Source: Akkermansiaceae bacterium
Lineage (GTDB): Bacteria; Verrucomicrobiota; Verrucomicrobiia; Verrucomicrobiales; Akkermansiaceae
Reading direction: 5' to 3'
DNA length: 64,000 bases
Assembly (NCBI GenBank): GCA_903908495.1
Contig: CAIVSK010000266.1
Coordinates: 4,674 to 68,673, forward strand
Part shown: piece after piece, positions 46,657-58,120 of the stretch
Layout of the letters: the number at the start of each line of letters is the position of its first letter
Position numbering within the stretch: position 1 is the stretch's first letter
Translations under genes and position numbers: made by a program
The notes under the pieces: model-generated
What the model saw: only the letters and a program-made list of their open reading frames with translations
Told to the model about the DNA's origin: nothing
Database searches by the model: none

Positions 46657-47334
46657 TCACTCGAACGCTTTGCCTTTGCGTGCAAGCCAAATCGGCTGGA
46701 GTCGCGTTTTCTTGGCGTTGGGTGCCAGTGGAATGAGGTGCTCGGCCACCGCAAAGCCTGCCCGCTGGAGGCGGCGGGTGAGGCTGGGGATCGGCCGCGC
46801 CGCGGCGATGGCGAGCAGGCCGCCGGCCTGCAATGCCTCGTAGGCGGCGGCCAGCCAACGGCGGTCGTCGATCCACGGCCGGTTGCGCTCGGTGGTGGGA
46901 GAGGCGTCGAGGTGCAAGGTGATGGCGTGGAGGCTGCCGGCGTGGCGGGCCAGGCCCGAGGGGCCGGAATCTTGCTCGATGACGATGCGCGGATCCGTGT
47001 TGAGCGGGCTGGCGGGAAGGTGGGCGCGATGCCACTGCGGAAGCTCAGCGAGCGGTTCTGCGACGAAAAACGTGGCGCGTTTCTGCGGCAGGGCGGCGGC
47101 CACCGCCTCCAGCGTGTGGCCGAGGGCCAGGCCGACGAGAAAAACCTTCGGCTGGCGCGCGGGACGGAACGGCGCACATGCCAGGCGGGCGAGTTCGGCT
47201 TCAGCGCCTTGGGTGGCCGGCCCGGCGATTTGTTGGCCTTGGACGATGAGGTAGTGGCGGCCGTCGTGTTCTTGCAGGACGAGCGGGATGCCGTCGGGGA
47301 GTTGGGCTGTTGCGAGGGTGTTCCGCGGTTTCAT
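46657..47334 (-). CDS. Spermidine synthase-like / class I SAM-dependent methyltransferase-fold protein
   Basis: MKPRNTLATAQLPDGIPLVLQEHDGRHYLIVQGQQI..PKVFLVGLALGHTLEAV..; start at ATG 47334. The longer ORF would run through the hup terminator. Confidence 0.6.
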   Translation of the reverse strand: MKPRNTLATAQLPDGIPLVLQEHDGRHYLIVQGQQIAGPATQGAEAELARLACAPFRPARQPKVFLVGLALGHTLEAVAAALPQKRATFFVAEPLAELPQWHRAHLPASPLNTDPRIVIEQDSGPSGLARHAGSLHAITLHLDASPTTERNRPWIDDRRWLAAAYEALQAGGLLAIAAARPIPSLTRRLQRAGFAVAEHLIPLAPNAKKTRLQPIWLARKGKAFE

Positions 47335-47483
47335 GGGGTGGCTTGGGGTCGGTGGAGGGGGCTGGACTTGAATTACTGGAAATGCCGCGCTCTGTCCATC
47401 GCCGTCAGCGCGGCGCTGCTTGTCTAACGGGATTGTCGGTGCCGAGGCGGGCGGATGCTCACGGCGGCGAGCCCTTCCCACCC

Positions 47484-47515
47484 AACAGAAAACCCCGGCT
47501 TGAGCGCCGGGGTTT
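47484..47515 (-). terminator. Rho-independent terminator of hup
   Basis: On the minus strand: perfect 10-bp stem AAACCCCGGC / GCCGGGGTTT, a 6-nt loop, then TTTTCTGTT. It lies 40 nt downstream of the hup stop. Confidence 0.7.
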
Positions 47516-47556
47516 CCATGCGGTTGGGATTTTATAAGGGATCGAGAGCCTGGCAA

Positions 47557-47832
47557 TTACAGACTGCCCTTGAGCACGGACGACGGTTTGAAGCCGACGG
47601 ACTTGGACGCGCCGATTTTCATCGACTCGCCGGTTTTCGGGTTGCGGCCCATGCGAGCGGCGCGCTTCTTCACTTCAAAAGTGCCGAAGCCAATGATCTG
47701 GACCTTTTTGTCTTTCTTGATGCCCTTGGCGATGGAATCGAGAACGGCTTCGACGGCCTCGTCGGCAGCGCGTTTGGTGATGTCTTTCCCGAGGGCTTTC
47801 TGGACGGCTTCAATAAGTTCTGCTTTGTTCAT
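47557..47832 (-). CDS. hup: HU-family DNA-binding protein
   Basis: MNKAELIEAVQKALG..VQIIGFGTFEVKKRAARMGRNPKTGE.. Start at ATG 47832. Confidence 0.95.
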   Translation of the reverse strand: MNKAELIEAVQKALGKDITKRAADEAVEAVLDSIAKGIKKDKKVQIIGFGTFEVKKRAARMGRNPKTGESMKIGASKSVGFKPSSVLKGSL

Positions 47833-48211
47833 GGCAGCCGCGTTTATGTGAATCGGGGGGAGGGTTGGCAAGAAAAAATCTGGCGAAAGAAAATATATTT
47901 TTTCCTAGAGCGAGCTTGACTTGTGCGCCTTGAGCGGCTGATGGCTGGCCGTTTTCAAGTGCCGACGGCTGCAATTCCGCCACAGGTCTGGCCTGCGGCG
48001 GGTGTTAGAGCGTGGTTTGGCCGGGTTTGGCGCTGGCTGAATGGATGGCGTGGCGGCAGCGTGGTGGTGGGCTGATCCCGCATTATTCGAGGGATTGGAT
48101 GGTGGCCGGGAGTCCGGGGAAATCAATGAGTGCGCAGCGAATGTTGAAATTTGCGGAAAAAAACGCTTGCGGAGTTCGAGGGGGTGCAACTATCTTCCGC
48201 GCGTCCTATCC

Positions 48212-49066
48212 ATGCGCTTCATTTTCCCCACAACTGCAGTATTTTTTCTAACGCCTCTAGCCGCGCTGGCCGGAGGTGAGGCCGAGGCCGCGGGCTTGCC
48301 GCTGCAGGCGCAAGCGATCTGGCCGGGGCTGCCGATCACCAATTCGATGGTGATGGTGTGGATCGCGGTGGCGCTGATCACGTTGTTTTGCCGGGCGGCG
48401 ACCAAGCGCATGGCACTGGTGCCGGCGGGCTTTCAAAACTTTGCCGAATGGGTGGTGGAAAGCCTCTACGATTTCCTCTCCAGCATTCTGGGTGGCTACA
48501 TGGTGAAGAAGACGTTCTGGTTTTTCGGCAGCATTTTCCTTTTTATTCTGGTAAGCAACTTGTTGGGGCTCATTCCAGGAGTGGGCACCATCGGCCGCTA
48601 CAATGAGCACGGCCACATCGTCGGATTCCTGCGCGGCGGCAACGCCGACTTGAACATGACTTTGGCGATGGCGCTGATGTTTGCCGTGCTGTGGTTTTAC
48701 TGGGCCATATCCGAGAATGGGGTGAAGGGCTTTCTGGTCCACATCTTCGCGCCGAAGGGGGATTTCCACGGGCTGATGCTCATGTTCATGGTGCCTATTT
48801 TCCTGGCGGTGGGCGTGTTGGAGGTCATTTCCATTGCGATCCGGCCAGTGGCACTCACCTTCCGTTTGTTCGGCAATATCTACGGCGGCGAACAGACGAT
48901 GGATAAGCTCATGGAGCTGGTTCCCAAATCCCTGGCGTTCCTGCCGGCGCTGCCGTTCTACTTCATGGAACTGCTGGTTGGCTTCGTGCAAGCGCTGGTT
49001 TTCATGTTGCTCACCGCAGTGTTTTTGCGCCTCATCTGCGAACACGCCGGCGACGAACATCACTGA
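48212..49066 (+). CDS. atpB: F0F1 ATP synthase subunit a
   Basis: Multi-pass membrane protein with ..RPVALTFRLFGNIYGGE.. (the conserved Arg helix). Start at ATG 48212. Confidence 0.9.
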   Translation: MRFIFPTTAVFFLTPLAALAGGEAEAAGLPLQAQAIWPGLPITNSMVMVWIAVALITLFCRAATKRMALVPAGFQNFAEWVVESLYDFLSSILGGYMVKKTFWFFGSIFLFILVSNLLGLIPGVGTIGRYNEHGHIVGFLRGGNADLNMTLAMALMFAVLWFYWAISENGVKGFLVHIFAPKGDFHGLMLMFMVPIFLAVGVLEVISIAIRPVALTFRLFGNIYGGEQTMDKLMELVPKSLAFLPALPFYFMELLVGFVQALVFMLLTAVFLRLICEHAGDEHH

Positions 49067-49148
49067 CAATTTCGGTGCCTTGACCATGACTGGCTCGTGG
49101 AAGGCACCTTAAACCAACACACCAAACCACCACCCCCCACCTATCATT

Positions 49149-49364
49149 ATGTCCATCATTCCCATGCTCGCTGAAATCACCGGCAACGTCCACATCGCCA
49201 TGGCTGCACTCGGTGCCGGCCTAGGCATCGGCATCCTCGGTTCCAAGGCCGCCGAAGCCACCGGTCGCAATCCCGGTGCGTCCACCCCCATCTTGGTCAA
49301 CGCGATCATTTTCGCCGCTCTTGCCGAAGGGGTGTTCATTCTCTCCGCCTTTGCCGTCAAGTAA
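49149..49364 (+). CDS. atpE: F0F1 ATP synthase subunit c
   Basis: 71-aa hairpin proteolipid, ..GLGIGILGSKAAEATGRNPGA..IFAALAEGV.. Confidence 0.93.
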   Translation: MSIIPMLAEITGNVHIAMAALGAGLGIGILGSKAAEATGRNPGASTPILVNAIIFAALAEGVFILSAFAVK

Positions 49365-49461
49365 GCGGAGGTGGCCTTTTGCCGTGTGGGGGCAGGCTTG
49401 ATCGCCCGTCCCCCGCACGTTCCCCGTTTTCTCCCTAGCTCAGTTTCCACACCTGCCAGCA

Positions 49462-50007
49462 ATGATCTCCGTCCTCGCTTTAGTCACTGAATCCTCTCAA
49501 AACCCGGTTGCCGAACTCTGCGGCAAATTCGGCGTCAATTGGCCGTTCTTCATTGCCAGTTGCCTCAACTTCGTGCTGGTCATCTGGGTGCTGAAAAAAT
49601 TCGCCTTCGGCCCCATCCAAGCCATGCTCGAGCAGCGCCGCGAGCGCATTGCCGAGGGCGAAGACAAGCTCAAGGCGATTGAAAAGCAGCTCGCCGAGTC
49701 CGAGCAGACGACGGCTGCGGCCATCGCCAAGGCGAGCGACGACGCGATGCGCATGATCAACGAGGCCAAGCTCGGCGCCGCCGCCTTTTCCGAGCAGAAG
49801 GCCCAGGAGGCCATCGCCCATGCCCAACAGATTTTGGTGAAGGCGGAAGCCGCCGCCAAGGCCGACCGCGAACGCCTCAGCATCGAGCTCAAACGCGAGT
49901 TCGGCCGCCTGGTGGCCGCCACCGCCGCGCAGGCAACCGGCAAGATTCTAACGGCCGACGACCAGCTTCGCATCAACGAGACCGCCCTCACCAAGGTCGA
50001 AGCCTGA
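49462..50007 (+). CDS. atpF: F0F1 ATP synthase subunit b
   Basis: N-terminal TM helix followed by a long A/E/K-rich helix. Position in the operon. Confidence 0.88.
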   Translation: MISVLALVTESSQNPVAELCGKFGVNWPFFIASCLNFVLVIWVLKKFAFGPIQAMLEQRRERIAEGEDKLKAIEKQLAESEQTTAAAIAKASDDAMRMINEAKLGAAAFSEQKAQEAIAHAQQILVKAEAAAKADRERLSIELKREFGRLVAATAAQATGKILTADDQLRINETALTKVEA

Positions 50008-50036
50008 TCCACCGTCAGCTCCTCCACCACGCCGCC

Positions 50037-50429
50037 ATGAAAATCTCCAAAGCCGCCTCCGCCAGTGCCCGCCGCCTGTTCGGGTTATGCCACACCGGTG
50101 ACCGGTTGGACGAGGCCAAGCTGCGCCTCGTGGCGGCCCGCCTGGTGGAAGCCAAGCCGCGCGATTACCCCGCCATCCTGTCCGCCCTGCTGCGCCTGAC
50201 CCGCCTCGCCTTCGAGCGCCGCCAGGTGACCGTGGAGAGCGCCGTGGAACTCGATGCCGCCAGCCGGGAGCGGGTGCTTGCCGGACTCGCCAAACAATAC
50301 GGTCCCGACCTCGTGGCCCAATATCTCATCACTCCTTCCCTGCTCGGCGGCCTGCGCATCCGGGTGGGCAACGATGTGTTCGACGGCTCGGTCAAGGGCC
50401 GCCTCGAACGCTTCGCCAATTCGCTCTGA
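50037..50429 (+). CDS. atpH: F0F1 ATP synthase subunit delta (short, 130 aa)
   Basis: C-terminal ..ITPSLLGGLRIRVGNDVFDGSVKGRLE.. is the OSCP/delta signature. The N-terminal domain is shorter than usual. Confidence 0.8.
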   Translation: MKISKAASASARRLFGLCHTGDRLDEAKLRLVAARLVEAKPRDYPAILSALLRLTRLAFERRQVTVESAVELDAASRERVLAGLAKQYGPDLVAQYLITPSLLGGLRIRVGNDVFDGSVKGRLERFANSL

Positions 50430-50477
50430 ATCTAACAGCACTCCGCCGAACCCCGACCCACCCAGCTAACTTCTCTT

Positions 50478-52019
50478 ATGAGCAGCATTCTCCAGGAACT
50501 CGAACAACAGATCGCCGGCATCACCACGTCGGTCGAAAAATCCAACATCGGCAAAGTCCGCCAGGTCGGCGATGGCGTCGCCAAAGTCGAAGGGCTTTCC
50601 GACGTGATGCTCAACGAAATGATTGACTTTGGTGGCGGTGTCACCGGCATGGCGCTCAACCTCGAGGAGAGCGAAGTCGGCGTGGTGCTGCTCGGCGACT
50701 ATGCCGCGGTCAAGGCCGGTTCCGAGTGCTGCACCACCGGCAAACTGTTGTCCGTGCCGGTCGGCGAAGCCATGTTGGGCCGCGTCGTCAACGCGCTGGG
50801 CCAACCGATCGATGGCAAGGGAGAAATCGCCGCGGCCGCGTTCTATCCGATGGAGAAGATCGCCCCCGGCATCATCAAGCGCAAATCCGTGTCGGTGCCG
50901 GTGCAGACGGGCATCATGTCGATTGACGCGATGATTCCCATCGGCCGCGGCCAGCGCGAACTCATCATCGGCGACCGCTCCACCGGCAAGACCACCATTG
51001 CGGTGGACACCATCATCTCGCAGGCCCTGCAAAACAAGGCGGCCGAGCAAGGCAAGTTGCAGAACCACAAGCCGCTCTACTGCATCTACGTGGCCATCGG
51101 CCAGAAACTCTCCAACGTCGCACGCACCCAGAAGATCTTGGAAGATGCCGGTGCGATGGAATACACCACCATCGTTTCGGCCTCCGCCTCGGATGCCGCG
51201 GCCATGCAATACATCGCCCCGTACGCCGGTTGCGCAATCGCCGAGTACCTCATGGACAAGGGGCAGGACTGCCTCATCGTGTTCGACGACCTGTCCAAGC
51301 ACGCGGTTGCCTACCGCCAGGTGTCGCTCATCTTGCGCCGCCCGTCCGGCCGCGAAGCCTATCCGGGCGACGTGTTCTATCTGCACTCCCGGCTGCTCGA
51401 GCGCTCCGCCCGGCTCTCCGCCGCCGCTGGTGGCGGTTCGCTCACCGCGTTGCCCATCATCGAGACCCAGGCCGGCGACGTGTCCGCCTACATCCCGACC
51501 AACGTCATCTCCATCACTGACGGCCAGATTTTCCTTGAGACCGACCTTTTCTATCAGGGCATCCGGCCCGCCATCTCGGTGGGCCTCTCGGTGTCGCGCG
51601 TCGGTTCCGCCGCGCAAACCAAGACGATCAAATCGGTGGCCGGCACCACCAAGCTCGACCTCGCGCAGTATCGCGAGTTGCAGGCCTTCGCCCAGTTCGG
51701 CAGCGACCTGGATGCCTCGACCAAGAAGAAGCTTGAGCGCGGCGCGCGCATCGTCGAGTTGTTCAAGCAAAACCAATACAGTCCGCTGGCCATGGAAATG
51801 GAATGTATCCATTTGTTCGCCATGCAAAACGGCTACTTCGATGACGTCAAAGTGGCCGACGTGCGCCGCTTCCAAGCCGGCCTCGGTGAATTCTTCAACA
51901 CCCGCAAGGGCGAGTTGCTCGACAAGATCCGCAATGAAAAGCCGGACCTGAAGAAGGACGCCGCCATGGTGGATGCCGTCAAGCAGGGCATTGAAGATTT
52001 CAAGCGCGGCTGGAAGTGA
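50478..52019 (+). CDS. atpA: F0F1 ATP synthase subunit alpha
   Basis: Walker A GDRSTGKT. Full-length alpha subunit. Confidence 0.97.
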   Translation: MSSILQELEQQIAGITTSVEKSNIGKVRQVGDGVAKVEGLSDVMLNEMIDFGGGVTGMALNLEESEVGVVLLGDYAAVKAGSECCTTGKLLSVPVGEAMLGRVVNALGQPIDGKGEIAAAAFYPMEKIAPGIIKRKSVSVPVQTGIMSIDAMIPIGRGQRELIIGDRSTGKTTIAVDTIISQALQNKAAEQGKLQNHKPLYCIYVAIGQKLSNVARTQKILEDAGAMEYTTIVSASASDAAAMQYIAPYAGCAIAEYLMDKGQDCLIVFDDLSKHAVAYRQVSLILRRPSGREAYPGDVFYLHSRLLERSARLSAAAGGGSLTALPIIETQAGDVSAYIPTNVISITDGQIFLETDLFYQGIRPAISVGLSVSRVGSAAQTKTIKSVAGTTKLDLAQYRELQAFAQFGSDLDASTKKKLERGARIVELFKQNQYSPLAMEMECIHLFAMQNGYFDDVKVADVRRFQAGLGEFFNTRKGELLDKIRNEKPDLKKDAAMVDAVKQGIEDFKRGWK

Positions 52020-52081
52020 CCCCTGCTGTTCGATCCCCGCGTTTCCTGATAACCGCTAACTGATAACTCTCAACCACCCCC

Positions 52082-54471
<2,390 letters not shown>

Positions 54472-54533
54472 TCTGTCCGTTAGTTTGTTGCCGGCTTTCA
54501 GTTTAGGGAAATGCCCAAGTGTGGCACCAGATA

Positions 54534-54606
54534 ACTGACAACTGACAACTGACAACCGACAACTGACAACTGACAACTGACAACTGACAACTGACAACTG
54601 ACAACT
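54534..54606. repeat. Heptanucleotide tandem array (ACTGACA) x about 10.4, one variant unit ACCGACA
   Basis: Read directly in the atpD-atpC spacer. Explains the SCQLSVV periodicity in the spurious minus-strand ORF 53230-54843. Confidence 0.95.
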
Positions 54607-54624
54607 CCTTCTTCCCCCCCCCCC

Positions 54625-55038
54625 ATGTCCCTGCACCTTGATATCGTCACGCCGGAGAAAATGGTTTTCTCCGACTCTGTGGAAAACGTCTATCTTCCCG
54701 GGGCGGATGGCGAATTGGGCGTGCTGCCACAGCATGCCGGTCTGGTCACCGCGCTTAAACCCGGCGAGTTGCGCTACCTGCATGATGGCAAGGTGGTCAT
54801 TCTGGCCGTGGGCTCGGGCTTCGCCGAAATCACCCAGACCCAAGTCGTCGTCCTAACCGATATGGCGCTGGGTGAGGCCGAGATTGACGTCGCCCAAGCG
54901 GAGTCCGCCATCCAGCGCGCCCAGGAACAACTCCATGGCGTGGAACACAGCATGGATGCCGAGGAGGTCGCCTTCCTTCAGGGCATCATCGCCAAGTCCA
55001 CCGTCGCTATCAACTTCAAGCGCAAGAGCCAGGGTTGA
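54625..55038 (+). CDS. atpC: F0F1 ATP synthase subunit epsilon
   Basis: MSLHLDIVTPEKMVFSDSVENVYLPGADGELGVLPQHAGLVTAL.. typical epsilon N-terminal beta-sandwich. Confidence 0.93.
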   Translation: MSLHLDIVTPEKMVFSDSVENVYLPGADGELGVLPQHAGLVTALKPGELRYLHDGKVVILAVGSGFAEITQTQVVVLTDMALGEAEIDVAQAESAIQRAQEQLHGVEHSMDAEEVAFLQGIIAKSTVAINFKRKSQG

Positions 55039-55240
55039 GGTGCCCGCGTGGCGTGGCTCCAGTCGCAGACCGCAGGCACGCGCCTCCGCCGCAGTCTTCC
55101 AGCCCGGAAGCTGTAAACGCTGAGGTGCAGAGTTCGCCGAGGTGGGTGGAGAGTTGAAGGCGGGAAAGTGGAAAGGCCGGGGTCATGAAACGGGCGGAGC
55201 GCCCCGATGTGGTGAAAATAAGGCGCGCAGCACCCCCTTT

Positions 55241-55918
55241 TCACGCATCCTCATCTTCGTCGCCGGTCATCGGTACGAAACGCACGGGCAGCACCTCGCG
55301 CTGGTGAATCGTGCCGTCGCGCTTTTCTAACACATATAACTCCTGGTTCATCGGCGGGCCGACCGGGATGGTCATGCGGCCGCCGTGCTTGAGTTGATCC
55401 ACCAACGGTTGCGGGATGTGCTGTGGCGCGCAAGTGACGATGACCGCGTCGAACGGTGCCTTGTCCGGCCAGCCGTTGCAGCCATCGCCGGCGCGGACAT
55501 GCACATTGTGGTAACCCAAGCGCTGGAGATCGGCTGCGGCGCGCGCGGCCAGGATATCGACGATCTCGATGGTGTAAACCTCCTTGACCAATTGTGCGAG
55601 CACGGCCGCCTGATAACCGGAGCCGGTGCCGATTTCCAGCACGCGGTCAGCGGCATGTGGGTTGAGCTCCTGGGTCATCAAGGCCACGATGTACGGCTGG
55701 GACAGCGTCTGGCCGTAGCCAATCGGCAAGGGCCCGTCGTCATAGGCCCAGCGGCGTTGCGCGGCGGGGACGAATTCGTGGCGTGGCACAGTGGCCATCG
55801 CCTGCAAGACCCTGCGGTTGGTGATGCCGCGGTAGGGTACGGTGAACTGCTCGGCCACCATCCGCCTGCGTGCGGCCGTGAAATCGACATCGTTGGTGTC
55901 AGACGCTTTCATACCCAC
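55241..55918 (-). CDS. pcm: Protein-L-isoaspartate O-methyltransferase
   Basis: ..MATVPRHEFVP..AYDDGPLPIGYGQTLSQPYIVALMTQ..VLEIGTGSGYQAAVLA.. Confidence 0.93.
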   Translation of the reverse strand: MGMKASDTNDVDFTAARRRMVAEQFTVPYRGITNRRVLQAMATVPRHEFVPAAQRRWAYDDGPLPIGYGQTLSQPYIVALMTQELNPHAADRVLEIGTGSGYQAAVLAQLVKEVYTIEIVDILAARAAADLQRLGYHNVHVRAGDGCNGWPDKAPFDAVIVTCAPQHIPQPLVDQLKHGGRMTIPVGPPMNQELYVLEKRDGTIHQREVLPVRFVPMTGDEDEDA

Positions 55919-56040
55919 GAGGACACTCTATTCGTGTTTCGGCGTGGCGTCAAGATGCCCGCGCCGGCAGATGCCCGCCACGCTGCTTTGGCTCAACCGG
56001 TGGAGTTGCGGAGTTGCCGGCAGGCACCAGCCGTCTCGCG

Positions 56041-56188
56041 CAATACTGCTGACTTAGCGGGAGGATAGGCATCCTGCCTGTCATGGACGACGGGCTTCCA
56101 GCCTGTCGTTTCATGCGCGGACAGGCGGGACGCGCTGTCTTCCGTCACAGGCGGGACGCCAGTTTTCCGATCAGAGCGCGCTAAGTCA
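56041..56188. repeat. REP/MITE-like repeat family 1, copy C, with terminal inverted repeats and flanking 21-bp direct repeats
   Basis: The ends CTGCTGACTTAGCG .. CGCTAAGTCAGCAG are inverted. GCAGGCACCAGCCGTCTCGCG occurs at both 56020-56040 and 56189-56209. The core is nearly identical to copy A. Confidence 0.85.
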
Positions 56189-56288
56189 GCAGGCACCAGC
56201 CGTCTCGCGGATGGCCGCCCACCAGCCGGGAACGACGGGTTGTTATGACGGACCGCGTCATTGTCGGGCCGCAGCGGGTTGTGGGATC

Positions 56289-56334
56289 GAGCCAAAGCGG
56301 TGTCGCGCTGGCGCTTGCCACGCGCACTCCATGC
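56289..56334. repeat. Repeat family 2, copy 1
   Basis: GAGCCAAAGCGGTGTCGCGCTGGCGCTTGCCACGCGCACTCCATGC is the reverse complement of the units at 61931-62040. Confidence 0.8.
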
Positions 56335-56372
56335 CTGCGCGGCCCATGCGCCACGCCCGCCCGAGCCCTCCC

Positions 56373-58112
56373 TTAGCGGGCGGCCTTGGGGGTGGTGAGG
56401 AATGCCTCGACTTCGGCGCGCGAGCGGGTGTTGAGGATGTCTTGGCGGCGCAGCCAGCCTTTGCGGGCGAGGCGCACGCCGAGGCCGATGTGATGGAGCC
56501 GGGCGGTGGAGTGGGCGTCGGGATTGATCGAGCACAACACGCCGAGGTCGCGGGCACGCTTCCACCAGCGCCAGTCCATGTCGAGGCGCAGCGGGCTGCA
56601 ATTGAGCTCGATGATGGTGCGGGTGGCCGCCGCGCAATCGATGATTTTGGCGTGGTCGACTGCGTAGCCCTCGCGCTTGAGCAGCAGGCGGCCGGTGAGG
56701 TGGCCGAGCATCGTGACGTGCTCGTTTTCCATGGCGCGGCAGATCCGGCGAGTCATCTCATCCTCGGTCAGATTAAAGATGTTGTGCACCGAGGCGACGC
56801 AGTAGTCGAGTTGGGCGAGGATCGAGTCATCGAAGTCGAGGGTGCCGTCGCGCAAGATGTCCACCTCGGAACCGGCGAAGATGCGGAAATCCGGCTGGGA
56901 GGCATTGAGTTTGGCGATGGCGGCGAGTTGGGCCAACAGCTTGGTTTCGTCGAGGCCGTTGCCGATGAAGGTGGACTTCGAGTGATCGGCGATGCCGAGG
57001 TACTGGAGGCCCATGTCGACGGCTTCGGCGACCATTTCCTCGAGCGAATTGAGGCCGTCGGAGGCGGTGGTGTGGTTGTGGAAAGTGCCGCGGAGGTTGT
57101 CCAGTTCGATGAGTTTGGGCAGGGTGTGGGCGGCTGCGGCCTCGATTTCACCTTGGTTTTCGCGCAGCTCCGGTTCGATGTAATCGAGTCCGAGGGCGTG
57201 ATAGATATCTGGTTCGTCGTGGATGGTGGCGGGCGGCGGGGTTGGAGACTTGCCAGTGGCTGTGAAGCCGTATTCGTTGAGTGACCAGCCGTGTTTGAGG
57301 GCGAGGGAGCGCAGGGCGACGTTGTGTTCCTTGGAGCCGGTGAAATATTGCAGGGCGAACGCGAACTGGCTGTTGGACACGGCGCGCAGATCGCATTGCA
57401 GGCCGTTGTGCAGGCGCACCGACGCCTTGGTATCGCCGCAAGCGATGATGGAGGCCACCTGTGGCAAGGTGGTGAAATCCTCGCAGACGAGGGCGGGGGA
57501 CTTGGTGGCGACGAGAAAATCGAGGTCATGCACGGTCTCCTTGGCGCGGCGGAACGAGCCGGCGACGGTGGCGCGCGAGACTTCCGGGTGCAGCCGCAGC
57601 GTCTCTAACATCTCATCGACGAGCGGGCTGATGGCGCCGAGGGTGAAGGCATCGGCGAATTTGTCGCGCAGGGCGATGGCCTCGAGGATTTTGGTTTGGG
57701 TCTTGGTGCCGAAGCCTGTGAGCGCGGCGACCTTGCCGGCCTCGCAGGCGAGTTTGAGATCGGCAATGGAGCTGATGGCCAGCGCCTCGTAGAGGGCTTT
57801 GACTTTTTTTGGGCCGAGGCCCTGGAGGTCAAACAGGTCGAACAAGCCGGGGGGGAATTCGGCGCGGAGGTGCTGATGGAAGGGCAGCCAGCCGGTGCTG
57901 GCGAGGATGTGGAGCTTGTCGCGGAGGGCTTCGCCGATGCCCTTGATGCCGGTGAGTTGCTTGTCGGCGGCGCGCTGGACGATGTCGCCATCGAAGTTGC
58001 GCACGCTCTCTGCCCCCTGGCGATAGGCGCGGACTTTGAACGGGTTCTCGTTCTTGAGTTCGAGCAGCAGGGCAATTTCGTCGAGGACGTCGGCGAGGAT
58101 TTCGCGGGTCAT
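56373..58112 (-). CDS. polX: Family X DNA polymerase with C-terminal PHP domain
   Basis: MTREILADVLDEIALLLELKNENPFKVRAYRQGAESV.. HhH N-terminus, PolX core, then PHP histidinol-phosphatase-like domain (..HNHTTASDG..). Confidence 0.92.
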   Translation of the reverse strand: MTREILADVLDEIALLLELKNENPFKVRAYRQGAESVRNFDGDIVQRAADKQLTGIKGIGEALRDKLHILASTGWLPFHQHLRAEFPPGLFDLFDLQGLGPKKVKALYEALAISSIADLKLACEAGKVAALTGFGTKTQTKILEAIALRDKFADAFTLGAISPLVDEMLETLRLHPEVSRATVAGSFRRAKETVHDLDFLVATKSPALVCEDFTTLPQVASIIACGDTKASVRLHNGLQCDLRAVSNSQFAFALQYFTGSKEHNVALRSLALKHGWSLNEYGFTATGKSPTPPPATIHDEPDIYHALGLDYIEPELRENQGEIEAAAAHTLPKLIELDNLRGTFHNHTTASDGLNSLEEMVAEAVDMGLQYLGIADHSKSTFIGNGLDETKLLAQLAAIAKLNASQPDFRIFAGSEVDILRDGTLDFDDSILAQLDYCVASVHNIFNLTEDEMTRRICRAMENEHVTMLGHLTGRLLLKREGYAVDHAKIIDCAAATRTIIELNCSPLRLDMDWRWWKRARDLGVLCSINPDAHSTARLHHIGLGVRLARKGWLRRQDILNTRSRAEVEAFLTTPKAAR

Positions 58113-58120
58113 GATAAAGA

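Noticed and set aside
46620-47177. Upstream 186-codon extension of the HlyD-like ORF (651-aa version)
   Set aside because: The extension is P/R/S/A-rich and overlaps the spermidine-synthase-like gene. The internal ATG at 46619 is followed by a clean signal peptide.
47335-47556. Upstream extension of ORF 46657-47556
   Set aside because: It would read through the strong hup terminator hairpin (47484-47515). The conserved-looking protein starts at MKPRNTL (47334).
47872-48211. atpI/atpZ-like gene or promoter upstream of atpB
   Set aside because: ORFs here (47905-48189 minus, 48012-48251 plus) are not hydrophobic and have no AtpI features. A TTGACT hexamer at about 47925 has no convincing -10 partner, so no promoter was called.
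54534-54606. CRISPR array
   Set aside because: The repeats are 7 nt, head to tail, with no spacers. No cas genes are in the window. No other spaced direct-repeat array was seen.
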